Assembly (NCBI RefSeq): GCF_009914755.1
Contig: NC_060933.1
Length of the DNA: 64,000 nucleotides
Source: the human T2T-CHM13v2.0 reference genome, Homo sapiens
Strand: one strand, 5' to 3'
Part shown: positions 1 to 18,030 of the stretch, piece by piece
How positions within the stretch are numbered: the first letter of the stretch is position 1
How the letters are laid out: the number at the start of each line of letters is the position of its first letter
Program-made: the position numbers and the translations under genes
Notes under the pieces: generated by a model
Told to the model about the DNA's origin: nothing
The model's database searches: none
What the model saw: the letters and a program-made list of their open reading frames with translations, nothing else

Positions 1-950
1 GAACTCCTGACTCCCCTTCTCCCACCATCATCACCCAGTAACACCAAACCTACTCCAATGTCAGTATTTCCCACATCAATTAATGGCAACTTCATCCTGC
101 CAGTTGTTCAGGGCAAAAACTTTGGTGCCATCCTTGACATTTTTTTTTCTCTAATTGTCCACATCCAATCTATCAGTAAATCCTATTGTCTCTACCTTCA
201 AAGTGAACCCAGCATCTAAATGCCTGTAATCTCCTCTGCTGCTATAATTACCGGAGTAACCTTACAACTAATCTCCCTGCTTCTACTCAAATCTATACCC
301 CCAATGCTCTTATTTTTAGCACTATGACCTAAGTGATCCTTTAAGACATAAGTCAGATCTAAGCAGACCCCCTAATAGCTCCCCAATTTACTCAAAGTAA
401 GAGCCAGCTTCCTTGCTGGCTTTCTACCAGGCCTTATACCATGTGGCCCCTTACCACTGGAGTCATCCTCTACCACTTTCTCCCTTTATTCCTTTATTAC
501 TCTGCTTTAGGTTCACTGGCTTCCTTGTTCCTTCTGACAGGCTGGGCATCCTCCAACCTCCAGGCATCTGCATTAGCTGTAATTTCTGACTGGAATGCTC
601 TTCCTCGTTTACCCACGTGGTTTACTCGCTTATCACCCTCAAGTCCTTGCTGACATTTTAATTTCCTAGTGATACCTTCCCTGAGCTCCTTATTTAAAAC
701 TGTATCCCTTTTGAAGTCTTCTCTAATCCCATTACCCTGATTTTTTTGCATATATCTGGTCACCTTCTATATACTATGTTTTTTATTTATACTTCTTTTC
801 TCTTCCTCCCAGGCATGCTCCCAACGTAAGTTCCTTGAGAGAGCAGATTTTTTTTTCCTCTTATGTTCACTGCTGTATTCCCAGTGCCTATAAAAGTGCC
901 TGGCATATAATAGGTGCTCAATATTTATTGAAGGAATGAAGAATGGGTGA
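1..950 (+). mobile_element. L2 LINE fragment (3' part)
   Basis: Ends in the L2 3' signature gtgcctggcatataataggtgctcaatatttattgaaggaatgaa (~896-942); upstream sequence resembles L2 3' UTR. Confidence 0.75.
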
Positions 951-1069
951 AAGAATGCCATTCATTCTCCAGCTTGGCAACCTCATTCTGATCCCTTAAA
1001 CATTTTACTGTGTTTTTTTTTTTAATTATTATACAGGGGTTTCTCCAGTGAGTCACTATTCTCTGACAC

Positions 1070-1415
1070 GGCATGCTGTTGTTTGATGCCATGCCTCTGT
1101 TCATGTTGTACTCTCAGCCTGGGAAAGCCTCTCTACTCCCTACCTCCTTCCCAACTAATGCCTGCTCATCCTTTAGAACTCAACTTACATATCATCTCTT
1201 CTAGGAAACTTTCCATGAACATTCCCCAAAACTAGATTAAGTGCCCTCCTATGTACTTTCATCTTATTGCTTCTAATGACTTTTTATATGACTGTCTATC
1301 CCAGAGTTCATGAGCTTTTTCAGACAAGGCCTGTGTATCGTTCACTGTTATCTCTGTAGTGCCTGGCATAGTGCCCGCCACATAGCAAGTACTTGAATAT
1401 TTGAATTGTTGAATG
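1070..1415 (+). mobile_element. second L2 3' fragment
   Basis: gtgcctggcatagtgcccgccacatagcaagtacttgaatatttgaattgttgaatg L2 terminus. Confidence 0.6.
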
Positions 1416-1437
1416 CAAGACTCAGCCCAAAGTTGTT

Positions 1438-1443
1438 TTTATT
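1438..1443 (-). terminator. candidate polyadenylation signal (AATAAA) for the SPATA31F3 transcript
   Basis: tttatt on + strand about 0.95 kb downstream of the stop codon; usage not demonstrated. Confidence 0.3.
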
Positions 1444-2383
1444 GTGACCCTTTTAGGGATCTCTTCATCAACTAGTCTTCATTCTAGGCAGCATTCTTTC
1501 CATGCAAATGAAAGGCAATGGAGGTTGGAACAGGCAACAGGACTAGAGTGGGCTCTCAGTTGGGTTACCCTTAAAGATCTCAGTAACAACAGAGAAAAGA
1601 CAGGGAGATTCTATCATCTGGTTTTGACATCTGTCATATTAGCTGTGTGCTTTTGATAAACATTCCTAAAGGAAGGAGCACCATGGCACTCTAAAGGACC
1701 TTCCCTCCAGGTTGTCAGCATATACTGTATAGAAGTCATCAATGAATTTTGCCTGTGGGCCAAAAATGCATTAGATTCCTGGCCACTGCTTCTTATACTG
1801 TCGCCATGTCCACATTCCTCCTCTGAGCCCAACACACCATGGGACAATAGAATTCAAGCCTGACCTTTTCTTTCAATGCACCTAAAACAAGGGCCTTTCT
1901 TCTCTGTCAAGTCCCTTTATCCACATTCTAGGGTGGGGCTGGGAGGAGTCATGTGGAATGCTGACCCATCTGAAATAAAATGTGATTTAAGCTTCTATAC
2001 CACATAAGAAGTACTTTTTAGGTCCTTTACTCTCTCTGTCTATCATATACCACATTGAAAATGAGGAGGCACAAACAGGTGGCTCTTTGCTTAAAGGTAC
2101 AAAGTATATTTGGAGAATGCCCTGCTTCACCTGCATGTTAATGGAAATGGCAATGAAAGCCTTTTTCAGGGGATTGCAGAGGTTCAGGAACCTATGAACT
2201 CCTTTTTCTTGTGATGGGTATTCTTGCATAAAACAGTGCCTTCTGCTGAGGTGAGTTAGACCTGGGATAGATTTCCTGGTTGAGTGGCACAAGTCATTTG
2301 AGGACAGAGTTTGGAGCATTTGTAGGAGTGGCACAGGACCCAGGATTGGCTGGACTGAAGGGAGTGTTGCTAGAGCAGATTAT

Positions 2384-2655
2384 TTAGGCACTGGGGGCAT
2401 CACAGAAGATCAGGCCTTCCTCCTCAGTAGAAGGAGGCTGAGCCTCAGGGTCCTCTGTTGTCTTCTGTGTTGTAGCTCCCCACACATGATCTTTGGTGAC
2501 AGTTGGACTCTTCTCAATGTTTTTTGTCCTGTCTTGGGTCACTGTCTCAGCCTTAGAAAGGAGAATGGATTCCTCATGCCTTCGATCTTTCATTTCAGGG
2601 TTAATCCAGTGCAGAAACAGCTTCATCTTGTTATCCAAGCCAACTTCTGGAGCTT
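2384..2655 (-). CDS. SPATA31F3: SPATA31F3/FAM205C coding exon 5 (EAPEVGLDNKMKLFLHWINPE...FCDAPSA*)
   Basis: Acceptor catccttccag|AA at 2656/2655; phase 1 matches the exon 4 donor (G+AA=Glu); 272 nt to TAA at 2386-2384; KMKLFLHWINP is a SPATA31-family C-terminal motif. Confidence 0.8.
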
Positions 2656-6318
<3,663 letters not shown>

Positions 6319-6338
6319 CTAAGAAAATGCTATTTGGA

Positions 6339-6658
<320 letters not shown>

Positions 6659-7461
6659 GCCATTTGGCAAGGTGGGCTGGGCTGACGATCTAGAGCTTGT
6701 TGGGCAAGGCTTCAGACGACCCATGGGAGGGCGTGGCCCTCAGAGAAGGCTGGGAGCTGGGGTCAGTTCTCTGTTGACCTTGTTGAAAAGCTGAACTAGG
6801 AGAACGGAGCCAGGCGGTTAGCTGATGGGGCATCACCAGTTAGAACCCGGATCAGTCTCATTTGAGGCTAAGAAACCCAAAGCCCGGTATTTGGGCTTGA
6901 AGTTCGTGTAGGACCTCTGCATTCTGAGAGCTATTTGGTATCCCTGCTGATATACTCAATATCTTTTGGGAATCAATCCTGTTCTCTAGAAATCTTAAGA
7001 AGAGGATAAGATGATAGGCTGCCATCTGAGGGCTGTCTCCCTAATGACAGAGCCAGAGGAGGTAATGTCAGCAGAATCCAGTCAGACTCAGAGGAGAGGG
7101 AATAAAGAGAATAAGACAGGGATGACTTCTTTACGCAAAATCCATTCCTCTTGACTGGATAGCTTGTCTCGTGGCTGAATGCAACCCTGTGTAGAGTCTT
7201 TTATGAATTATACACTAGTACAAGCCTGAATTCTAGAACTACTGTGACCCTAGCCCAAAGCAGAATTGGGTGACCCTTCCCTCCTGAGATGTCTGGCCCA
7301 GCCCCCCTGCCCTGGTAACTCTCTCAACTAGTGAACCAGCCTCCACTGTGTATGTCTCCCTCCCATCCATTTTCCCTCTTCTCATCTCTACCCCAAGCCA
7401 AGCTGAGAAATGATCACAGACCAGACTAGCAGCTGGGAGACTGCAAAGAAGAAGAGATTAC

Positions 7462-7522
7462 CTTTTCATGAGAAACAGCAGCTTCCACAACTTCTCGGCT
7501 TCTTCCTGTGAAGTTCTCCTAG
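7462..7522 (-). CDS. SPATA31F3: SPATA31F3 coding exon 3 (ARRTSQEEAEKLWKLLFLMK)
   Basis: ttcttcag|CT acceptor, AAG|gtaatc donor, 61 nt, phases 1 to 2 consistent with neighbouring exons. Confidence 0.88.
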
Positions 7523-8059
7523 CTGAAGAAACAGAAGATAGTGAGTGTTATGTGGAACTGGAGAGGATTCAGGGACATCCTATAAGAAGCTGAAGGCCTT
7601 TTAATGAGAAGATACTGAAAACCCCAGAGTCAGAACACTAAGTCACATCTGTGTATAACTTAACCGTTTACGATGTGTTGTTCTGCACCTTGTCTCATTT
7701 GTCCTTCACCATCACACTGGGAGTGAGGAAGGATCATCACATGCCCATTTTATGGAGAACAAGACTGAGAGTTGAAGAGACTTCCACAGGTTTGTAAAAC
7801 TAGTAAATGACAGAGTTGAGGACTTCTGCCCTAATTCCTCATTCTTTATTCTCAGGAGGATAAGATAGAGAATTTTTTAATGTGCCTAGGCTCTGATTTT
7901 CCACCCAAGGAAGTCTTCCATGAGAAATTGTCCCTGGGGGGTACTAGAGTCTGCAGTGGTTAGAGCACCTGCTGTTAGCACCAGGGGTCATAGAGGGTCA
8001 GGATCCGTGGGAACCTCACTCACAGCAGAAGCGAATTAGAGGAGAGACTGGGACTTTAC

Positions 8060-8105
8060 CTCTTGATGTTCTATCTCCAGACTTTTGTTGGACTCTTCGG
8101 TGACA
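8060..8105 (-). CDS. SPATA31F3: SPATA31F3 coding exon 2 (CHRRVQQKSGDRTSR)
   Basis: tttgtctttaag|TGT acceptor, AG|gtaaag donor, 46 nt. Confidence 0.88.
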
Positions 8106-8575
8106 CTTAAAGACAAAAACATTAGAATGCAAAGCTGCTACACCATTTTTTCCCATATCTAAAATGAAACAAAACTCATAAACATTTCCTGGTCTTTTTC
8201 TGTGTTCCAATTTTATATACTCTTCTATCTTTCCTTTCTGTATTCTTTTTCACCCCAAGAGTTTTCTTATTTGCTTATTTCTGACTCACTTTCACGCTCT
8301 TCCATACTCCATGCCTCCCACCCCCATTCCTTTCATAAGTTCGGTGGGGACTTTAGGATGAGACGGGAGGAAAAGTGGAACAGATTAAAGGATGGATGGG
8401 TCCAGAAGTCAAAGGAGTTCAGCCATCAAATGGCCCTAAATAGCTGCCAACCAGAATAATCACCCAAATTGGGAGCTCTTCTGGTGTCCAGTGAGGAGAC
8501 CCCTTTAAAAAGCAAGGGCTAAGAGTAACAAGAGAAAGCTCGGGGATAAAATCTTGTTTGAGGCACATCAATTTA

Positions 8576-8746
<171 letters not shown>

Positions 8747-8809
8747 CTAAACCTCACTAGCCATCCCTCTCCCTAGTCTTTCACTGTCTTGGAACCTAAT
8801 ACCTCCAGA

Positions 8810-8910
8810 TTTTACACCTCGTCATTTCTGCCTCACAGAAGAGGGATCCAAATCACCAGACTGCATCACAAAGCCCTCCTGTTCCACAAGGCAGGGATAG
8901 CATCACAGAC
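8810..8910 (-). promoter_or_regulatory. putative proximal promoter with half-CRE and two TGTGATGC motifs
   Basis: CGTCA at 8820-8824; GCATCACA at 8863-8870 and 8900-8907; non-CpG-island sequence just upstream of the ATG. Confidence 0.35.
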
Positions 8911-9894
8911 CTTTATTTGTTTTTAAAGAGGCTTACTATGGTGATTCAATGTTCAGATGAGGGTGTCTGGTGCTCTGTATGGGCTACAGAGCCTGGGGCA
9001 AAAGATGCCAAGGTCATGGGCAACATGTACCTTTTCATGTTCTCTCTACTCTCTATACTGTTATGGCTTAGCTCTCCCCTTTACTACAATGGCCTGACAC
9101 CTATTCCTGACACCTAGTGTGCATATGACACCGAGTCTCTATGCACACTACATGCCCTATAAGAGAGACAGTGGATAGATCAGAGGAACTCCATGAACTA
9201 CATCATCTGTACTGGGAAGATAACAACAACAACAAAAAATAGAGGATAGGGCAAGCATCATATTGTTAAATCTTGGAAACCGATTTTTAATGCCACCAGC
9301 AATGATATATGGTCAGTACTGAGAGGTTCAGAAAGAGGGCAGTGTGTGACATGTCAAGGAAAGGACAAAGCTGATGTTCTTTTAAATAACTTTCTGAGAG
9401 TTAAAGAAGGACTTCTCCCAATCTGCGTGGTCCAGCCTGAGATGGGTGAGCAGAGATTGTAAGCACTACCTTTCATGGAGGCAAATGAATGAGGCTCACT
9501 TCTGGAGCTCTGTACAAGGCTTGATTTTTCCAGAATTGCCTCTACAGATTTTATAGCATCTAGCCTATTCATGGAGATGAGTTATTGGCAAAACTTTCGA
9601 TTAAGGTTCACAAACTTGTGGCTCTTTGGTTGAATCCACCGTGGTTGGAATGTTTGCCTAAAAGAGTGTTTTATGAAAATCTGAATTTGAATAACTTTAG
9701 GCAGAGCAGGATTTTTCCTCATTTAACCCCGGGATCTACCACTCCTTTGCCCACTGATTCTCACATTAATGTTAACTTCATGACCCCTATCAATATTATG
9801 GCATGTCCCCAACACCCTAGGATTTCTGAGTTTCCTTGAGAAGTTCTTGCCCTGATAAAAGTGGTTGGTCTTAGGCTCAAAATCTCTGAAAAGG

Positions 9895-10272
<378 letters not shown>

Positions 10273-10692
10273 TTAACCCTAAGTTGGGCAGTGTTGAGAG
10301 TACAAAGGCATTTGAGTTGTATTGCCTACCTGCTTTCAAGATTCTTAAAAATCTAGTTTCAAAGACAAGGCATCCACAAGAAGCAAAAGCCAACATTTTG
10401 CTGGGGAAGGGGCTAGAGAAGGGGGAAATAGAGTGTTATTGTTTAATGGGTACAGAAGTTTCTGTTTGGGGTGATGAATACAACCATCTTATTCATAAAT
10501 GAATGCCCTTAATGGCACTGAATTGTACACTTAAAAATAACTAAAATGGTAAATTTTATGTTAAGCATATCTTACCACAACTTAAAAACAACCAAAAAAT
10601 TCATTAGCACAAGGGTTTCTTTTTGAACTAGCTATAAGGAAAAATATTCTAAAAATGATTTGACAAACGAATGGATTAGTGAACATTTTTCT

Positions 10693-11431
10693 CTTTTAAT
10701 TTTTTTATTTCCATAGGTTATTAGGGAACAGGTGGTGTTTGGTTACATGAGTAAGTTCTTTAGTGGTGATTTGTGAGGTTTTGGTGCACCCATCACCCGA
10801 GCAGTATACACTGCACCCTATTTGTAGTTTTTTATCCCTCACCTCCTCCCACTCCTCCCCTCAAGTCCCCAAAGTCCATTGTATCATTCTTATGCCTTTT
10901 CATCCTCATAGCTTAGCTCCAACGTATCAGTGAGAACATATGATGTTTGGTTTTCCGTTCCTGAGTTACTTTGCTTAAAATAATAGTCTCCAATCTCATC
11001 CAGGTCGCTGCAAATGCTGTTAATTCATTCCTTTTTATGGCTGAGTAGTATTCCATCATATATATATACCACAGTTTCTTTACCCACTCATTGACTGATG
11101 GGCATTTGGGTTGGTTCTACGTTTTTGCAATTGCAAATTGTGCTGCTATAAACATGCACGTGCAAGTATCTTTTTCGAATAATGGCTTCGTTTCCTCCAG
11201 GTAGATACCCAGTAGTGGGATTGCTGGATCAAATGGTAGTTCTACTTTTAGTTCTTTAAGGAATCTTCACACTGTTTTCCATAGTGGTTGTACTAGTTTT
11301 CATTCCCACCAGCAGTGTAGAGGCGTTCCCTTATTGCCACATCCATGCCAACATCTACTGTTTTTTTATTTTTTGATTATGGCCATTCTTGCAGGAGTAA
11401 GGCGGTATCACATTGCGGTTTTGATTTGCAT
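10693..11431 (-). mobile_element. 5'-truncated L1 (L1PA/L1PB-type) 3' end
   Basis: L1 3' UTR and ORF2 end in antisense; flanking direct repeat agtgaac(a/g)tttttct at ~10678 and ~11433. Confidence 0.9.
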
Positions 11432-12846
11432 CAGTGAACGTTTTTCTTAAATGTCCTTCTTATACCTACAAAAGGAAACTAGATCTTCATATTAAGGATA
11501 ATTTAAGAAGAGTCCTACCTGAAAATGGGATGAATTTGAGCTATTTCATCATCTGCCCTGAACTTGCAAATTCCATAATACAGGAATGAGAAGACTTTTT
11601 CAAACAAAGAGCACTGAATGAAAGGTTAACAAAAATCAATTAAAAGGCAGCTTGAGTCAGCTTTTTAGTAGCAGGTCATCAACATACCTGCAAAGTAGCC
11701 TGTATCCTTCATTACTTTTATTACTCCTACTTAACCAGCTGTTGCCACCCTCTATGCAGCTGTAACAGTTTTGTCACCCATTAGCCTGACGTCTTGCACC
11801 CAGCAGAATCACCACATCTGCAAGTCCTGCACCTGCTTCTGCCAGTGCACTACTTACCTCACAGATAACCCACAGCCTCTGCCCTTCCACCAAGCCATTA
11901 AAACCATCTACTGAAAACTCCACTCCAGCAATTCGCCTGGCCCTTGCTCCTCTGCCTCAGAGCTGAGGAATTAGAGCCAAGGGCTGAGCCAAAAATGGTC
12001 TCATGCCTTTTTGTAGATTAGGCCTTTAGCATAGGTTTATTTACTGGTTTGGGGCTCATCGACAAGGGTGCTTGTGTGGACAGGACAGTGGGATCAGTGT
12101 CTTCCTGAACAAGGGCTCATTCATGTAATGATCACAGCTAAGCCTGGCATTTCTCACGATGTGGGCATGGATCATCACATTTGCCTTTCCTGCCTCGTGG
12201 TTGAGAGCGAACAGCAAACGAGGGAGATGAACTACACGAAAAGCCTCTGTGGACGCTGGAGGGCTGCACAACTATCAAGGATTCTTCTTCATTTGTTTCT
12301 AGAAAACTTGCTTTAAGCCAGACCCTGCTTTCATTATAATGCTGCAGAGCCACAATGATTGCAATAGAATTTCTTCAAGGAACTGTTCATGGCTACCAAT
12401 TCATACGTACCCATGAGTCCTATCGCCTTGTAAAGAAACATGTGACTGACATGCCACTGGTGTGAGACTTGTCCCTCCACACAAGCCTTACGAAAGAGCT
12501 TCGCTGTGTCTCATACTCAGAAAATACTAGTGAACATCTCAAATATACCAAGGTGCCGGGGACAGAGGTGCATAGTTGCTGCAACTCAGTGGCAACACTT
12601 TTATAGATGAGCACGTTCATTAATGCCCAAGAGCTAGAATTTCCAGGGAGTTGGGCAGGAAGCCCCAGAGTAGTGTCAGGCAGCAAAACCACCAGAGCTC
12701 ACACAGCGGATTACTACCCAATGCGGGATTGTGGGGAGTAACAGTAGATGGCAGCCAGAGACACTAGAGGGCAGCACATGCCCACCCAATATGCCTAGTC
12801 CTGTGACATCTCTACCCTGACAGGAGCTTTCAAAGGTTATCTTCTC

Positions 12847-12995
12847 CAGTGGGCTCTCAATCCCAGCCTTATATCAGAATCACTCGGGAGCTTGTTAAAA
12901 ATATAGATTTTCTGGTTTCACTCCAGACTAATGAATCGGAATCTCTAGATGCAGAGTCCAGCAACCTCTATATTAAATAAGTATCAAAAATAACC
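12847..12995. mobile_element. MER5-like hAT DNA transposon remnant
   Basis: tcagaatcactcgggagcttgttaaaaatatagatt...gaatcggaatctct resembles MER5A. Confidence 0.6.
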
Positions 12996-13333
12996 CTCAA
13001 GCAAGAAGGCACTCAGCTATGGGTTTGTATTTGAGACTCTGATGAAACTATGTCTCTCCCCTCACACTCAAAATTTGATTGAATTTCAGAGGCATTGACT
13101 CCACTTATGGACACCGTGGGGAACTCAGGAAGCCTGGTTAAGAAATTTGAATACAATTTATGCCAAGCGAAACACCATCACTCTGAGGTGGAAGCCTCAG
13201 CAAGGCCAGGGTCCTTCATGTTTTAAAAAGTCATAGGAACTTTGGGAAAAAAGAGAGAAGACCAATGACCAATATTGAGAATGAGAGAGGTGACTCACCA
13301 AAATTCCAAAGACATTTAAAGGACAATCAATTA

Positions 13334-14400
<1,067 letters not shown>

Positions 14401-14573
14401 TGGTAGGAAATACAGAGGGCAAACAAACATGATAGACCACAGGGATGCAATCAGCAGAATCAGGACTATGGACAAAGGATCTAGTTTCTTCCACAAAAAA
14501 ATTATAAGGAGAAAAGTTAAAGCAATGGAGCAGAATCTATGTATTAAAAGAGCATTAAGAGACATTTCAACTA

Positions 14574-14738
<165 letters not shown>

Positions 14739-15386
14739 AGAAAATAAAAATAAATTTATAAGCCAATCAAGGGAATGTAAGCACTGATTGGGTATTTGAT
14801 GATATGAAGAAACTATTTTGAACTTTCTAGGTTTAGTAATGGTAGCTCTGTCACTGTAAAAGCTTGTATATGTTGAGATGCATACTAAAATATTTAATGG
14901 TATAAATTTCTGATATCTGGAATTTACTTCAAAACGAGGAGGTAACTAGTGTGGGGGTAAAGAAGAAACAAGATTGTTAAAAAATATTAATTTGAAGTTG
15001 GGTGACAGGTACATGGAGGTATGTTATTTGAAATTTTCCCTAGTAAAAAGATAATTAAAAACAGAATCTTCCAAAAATGTTTTCAAATACCTTACTAATA
15101 AAGTAAAAACTCAGAAGACAGAGTCATGCGTAAATAAATAAACATGTAGAAATGCTTTTGATTTAATAATATACACATGAAGATCTTATAATCAAAATGA
15201 TTAAATTTTGTTTATACCTTGAAAATATGTTACTATGATTGTAAAAATGAATTTATATTCTTATTCTTGTATAAAATGTATTATCCTATTAAATATTACT
15301 GATAGTTACTACTCAAACAAAATAATTACATTTCCATCTGCCTCAATAATGCATCTAAAAGAAACTCCCATAAAAATGAAATTTTA

Positions 15387-15695
15387 GTCTGGGCATGATG
15401 GTTCATGCCTGTAATCTCAACACTTTGGGAGGATGAGGCAGGAGGATGACTTGAGTCCAGGAGTTCAAGACCAGCCTGGGCAACATAATGGGACCCCATC
15501 TCTACAAAAAATTATAAAATTAGCCAGACGTGGTGGCATGCATCTGTAGTCCCAGCTACGCAACTCAGGAGGCTGAGGTGGGAAGACCTTTTGAAACTGG
15601 GAGGTCAAGGCTACAGTGAACCATGATCACACCATTGCACTCCAGCCTGGGCGACAGAGTAAGACCCTGTCTCAAAAAAATAAAAATAAATAAAT
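15387..15695 (+). mobile_element. AluJ
   Basis: Dimeric diverged Alu. Confidence 0.9.
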
Positions 15696-16339
15696 GAAAT
15701 GAAATTTTAGTCATGATTTCAAAAATGTTTTCAGTAGCTGTATCCTTTTCACCATTTAAAATGTTTCTAAATGTTCTGAAATTTTATTCCTATCTATGAC
15801 AGATTTCAATGAAGAAAAAGAAAAGAGCTTTCTTGGGGAGGGGAGGTGGTTAATAGGGTGTCAGCAAATCTCTGTGGATAATATTATGAAAAGTCCTCAT
15901 ATAATAGGTGAGTTTGGCCATCTCTGGCGATGAGCTAACCTAGACAATGAACTATAAATAAAGGTCAAAGAATTCAGGAACACAAGGAAGAAAGGGGAAT
16001 TAACCCTGACTGAGCAGCATTACCCAGTGCCAGGCCTGTTATACGCCTCACCTCATTCAGTGCTTACCACCAGCCAGACCCAGGTATTGTTATCCCACGT
16101 TATACAAGAGGAAACTGAATCACCAAGAAGTAAAATAACTAGCCCATCACAGCAACTTAGAGATAGATAAAAAGGTTGATTCTAAACTCCACTAAGGTCC
16201 TTGCCACCTCTATTTCATTCAAGTTAAGAGGATATAAATACTCAGAATGATTATAAATAAGCTGTTTGAAATTGCAGACTATTCACATATCCAGTAGTTT
16301 TTTAAAAGAAGGACAGTAATAAAATAAAGTTTAAGATAG

Positions 16340-16612
16340 GAGCCCGGGTGGCCAAGGCAGGAGGACACTTGAGGCTAGGAGTTCAAAACCAGCCTGGGCA
16401 ACACAGCAAGACCCCATCTCTACAAAAAATAAAAAATTAGCTGGGCATGGTGGCATGCTTCTGTAGCCCTAGCTACTCAGGAAGCTGAGGCAGGAGAATC
16501 ACTTGAGCCCAAGAGGCTGAAGCTGCAGCGAGCTGTGATTGTGCCACTGCATTCCAGCCCAAGCTACAGAGCTAAACCCTATTTCAAAAATAAAATGACA
16601 TGAAATAAAGTA
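16340..16612 (+). mobile_element. AluJ (partial 5' end)
   Basis: Diverged dimeric Alu. Confidence 0.85.
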
Positions 16613-16784
16613 AATTTTTTAAAAACAGGAACCAAAGAGCAAGGCTGGATCCAAAGGTCTCCAGTGTCATCCTGGTACACACCTAGTTCTTCTCATCAGG
16701 TGTGTCCCCCAACTGCAGGAAAGGCATTAGGTTGTCACAGCCCAGTGACACTAGCACCTGAGATTGTTCCACTCATGACCCTTT

Positions 16785-18030
16785 TGGCAGTATGGCCATT
16801 TTCACAATATTGATTCTACCCATCCATGAGATTGATGTGTTTCCATTTGTTTGTGTCATCTATGATTTCTTTCAGCAGTGTTCTGTAGTTTTCCTTGCAG
16901 AAGACTTTTGACTCCTTGGTTAGGTATATTCCTAAGTATTTTATTTTTATTTTTTTTCAGCTATTGTAAGGGAGGTTGAGTTCTTGATTTGATTCTCCGC
17001 TTGGTCACTGTTGGTGTATAGAAGCGTTACTGATTTGTGTACATTAATCTTGTATCTGGAAACTTTGCTGAATTCTTTTATCAATTCTAGGAGCTTTCTG
17101 GAGGAGTCTTTAGGGTTTTTAGGGTAGACGATTATATTGTCAGCAAACAGTGAAGGGTTTTCAAGGTAGACGATCATATTGTCACCAAACAGTGACAGTT
17201 TGACTTCCTCTTTACTGATTTGGATGCCCTTTATTTCTTTCTCTTGTCTGATTGCTCTGGCTAGGACTTCCAGTACTATGTTGAAGAGGAGTGGTGAGAG
17301 TGGGCATCCTTGTCTTATTCCCCTTCTCAGAGGGAATACTTTCAACCTTTCCCCATTCAGTATTATTTTGGCTGTGGGTTTGTCGTGGATGGCTTTTATT
17401 ACATTAAGGTATGTCCCTTGTATGCCAATTTCGCTTAGAGTTTTAATCATAAAGGGATGCTGGATTTTGTCGAATGCTTTTTCTGCATCTATTGAGATGA
17501 TCATGTGACTTTTGTTTTTAATTCTGTTTATGTGATATATCACATTTATTGACTTGCATATGTTAAACCATCCCTGCATCCCTGGTATGCAACCCACTTG
17601 AGCATGGTGGATTATCTTTTTGATATGTTCTTGGATTTGGTTAGCTAGTATTTTGTTAAGGATTTTAGCATCTATACTCATCAAGGATATCAGTCTGTAG
17701 TTTTCTTTTTTGGTTATGTCCTTTCCTGGTTTTGGTCTTAGAGTGATGCCAGCTTCATAGAATGAATTAGGGAGGGTTCCTTCTTTCTCTGTCTTGTGGA
17801 ATAGTGTCAAAAGGATTGGTACCAATTCTTCTTTGAATGTTTGGTAGAATTCTGCTGTGAATCCGTCTGGTCTTGGACTTTTTTTTGTTGGTAATTTTTA
17901 AATTACCATTTCAATCTCACTGCTTGTTAGTGGCCTGTTCAGGGTACCTAATTCTTCCTGATTTGAGCTAGGAGGGTTGTATTTTTCCAGGAATTTATTC
18001 ATCTCTTCTAGGTTTTCTAGTTTATGCACT
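16785..18030 (-). mobile_element. L1 ORF2 internal fragment (reverse transcriptase domain)
   Basis: ORF 16947-17825 encodes L1 RT motifs ([36 protein letters not shown]). Confidence 0.95.

Noticed and set aside
16947-17825. 292-aa RT ORF as an active or domesticated enzyme
   Set aside because: Isolated internal L1 fragment without promoter or endonuclease; catalytic DD changed to DN in both loop copies
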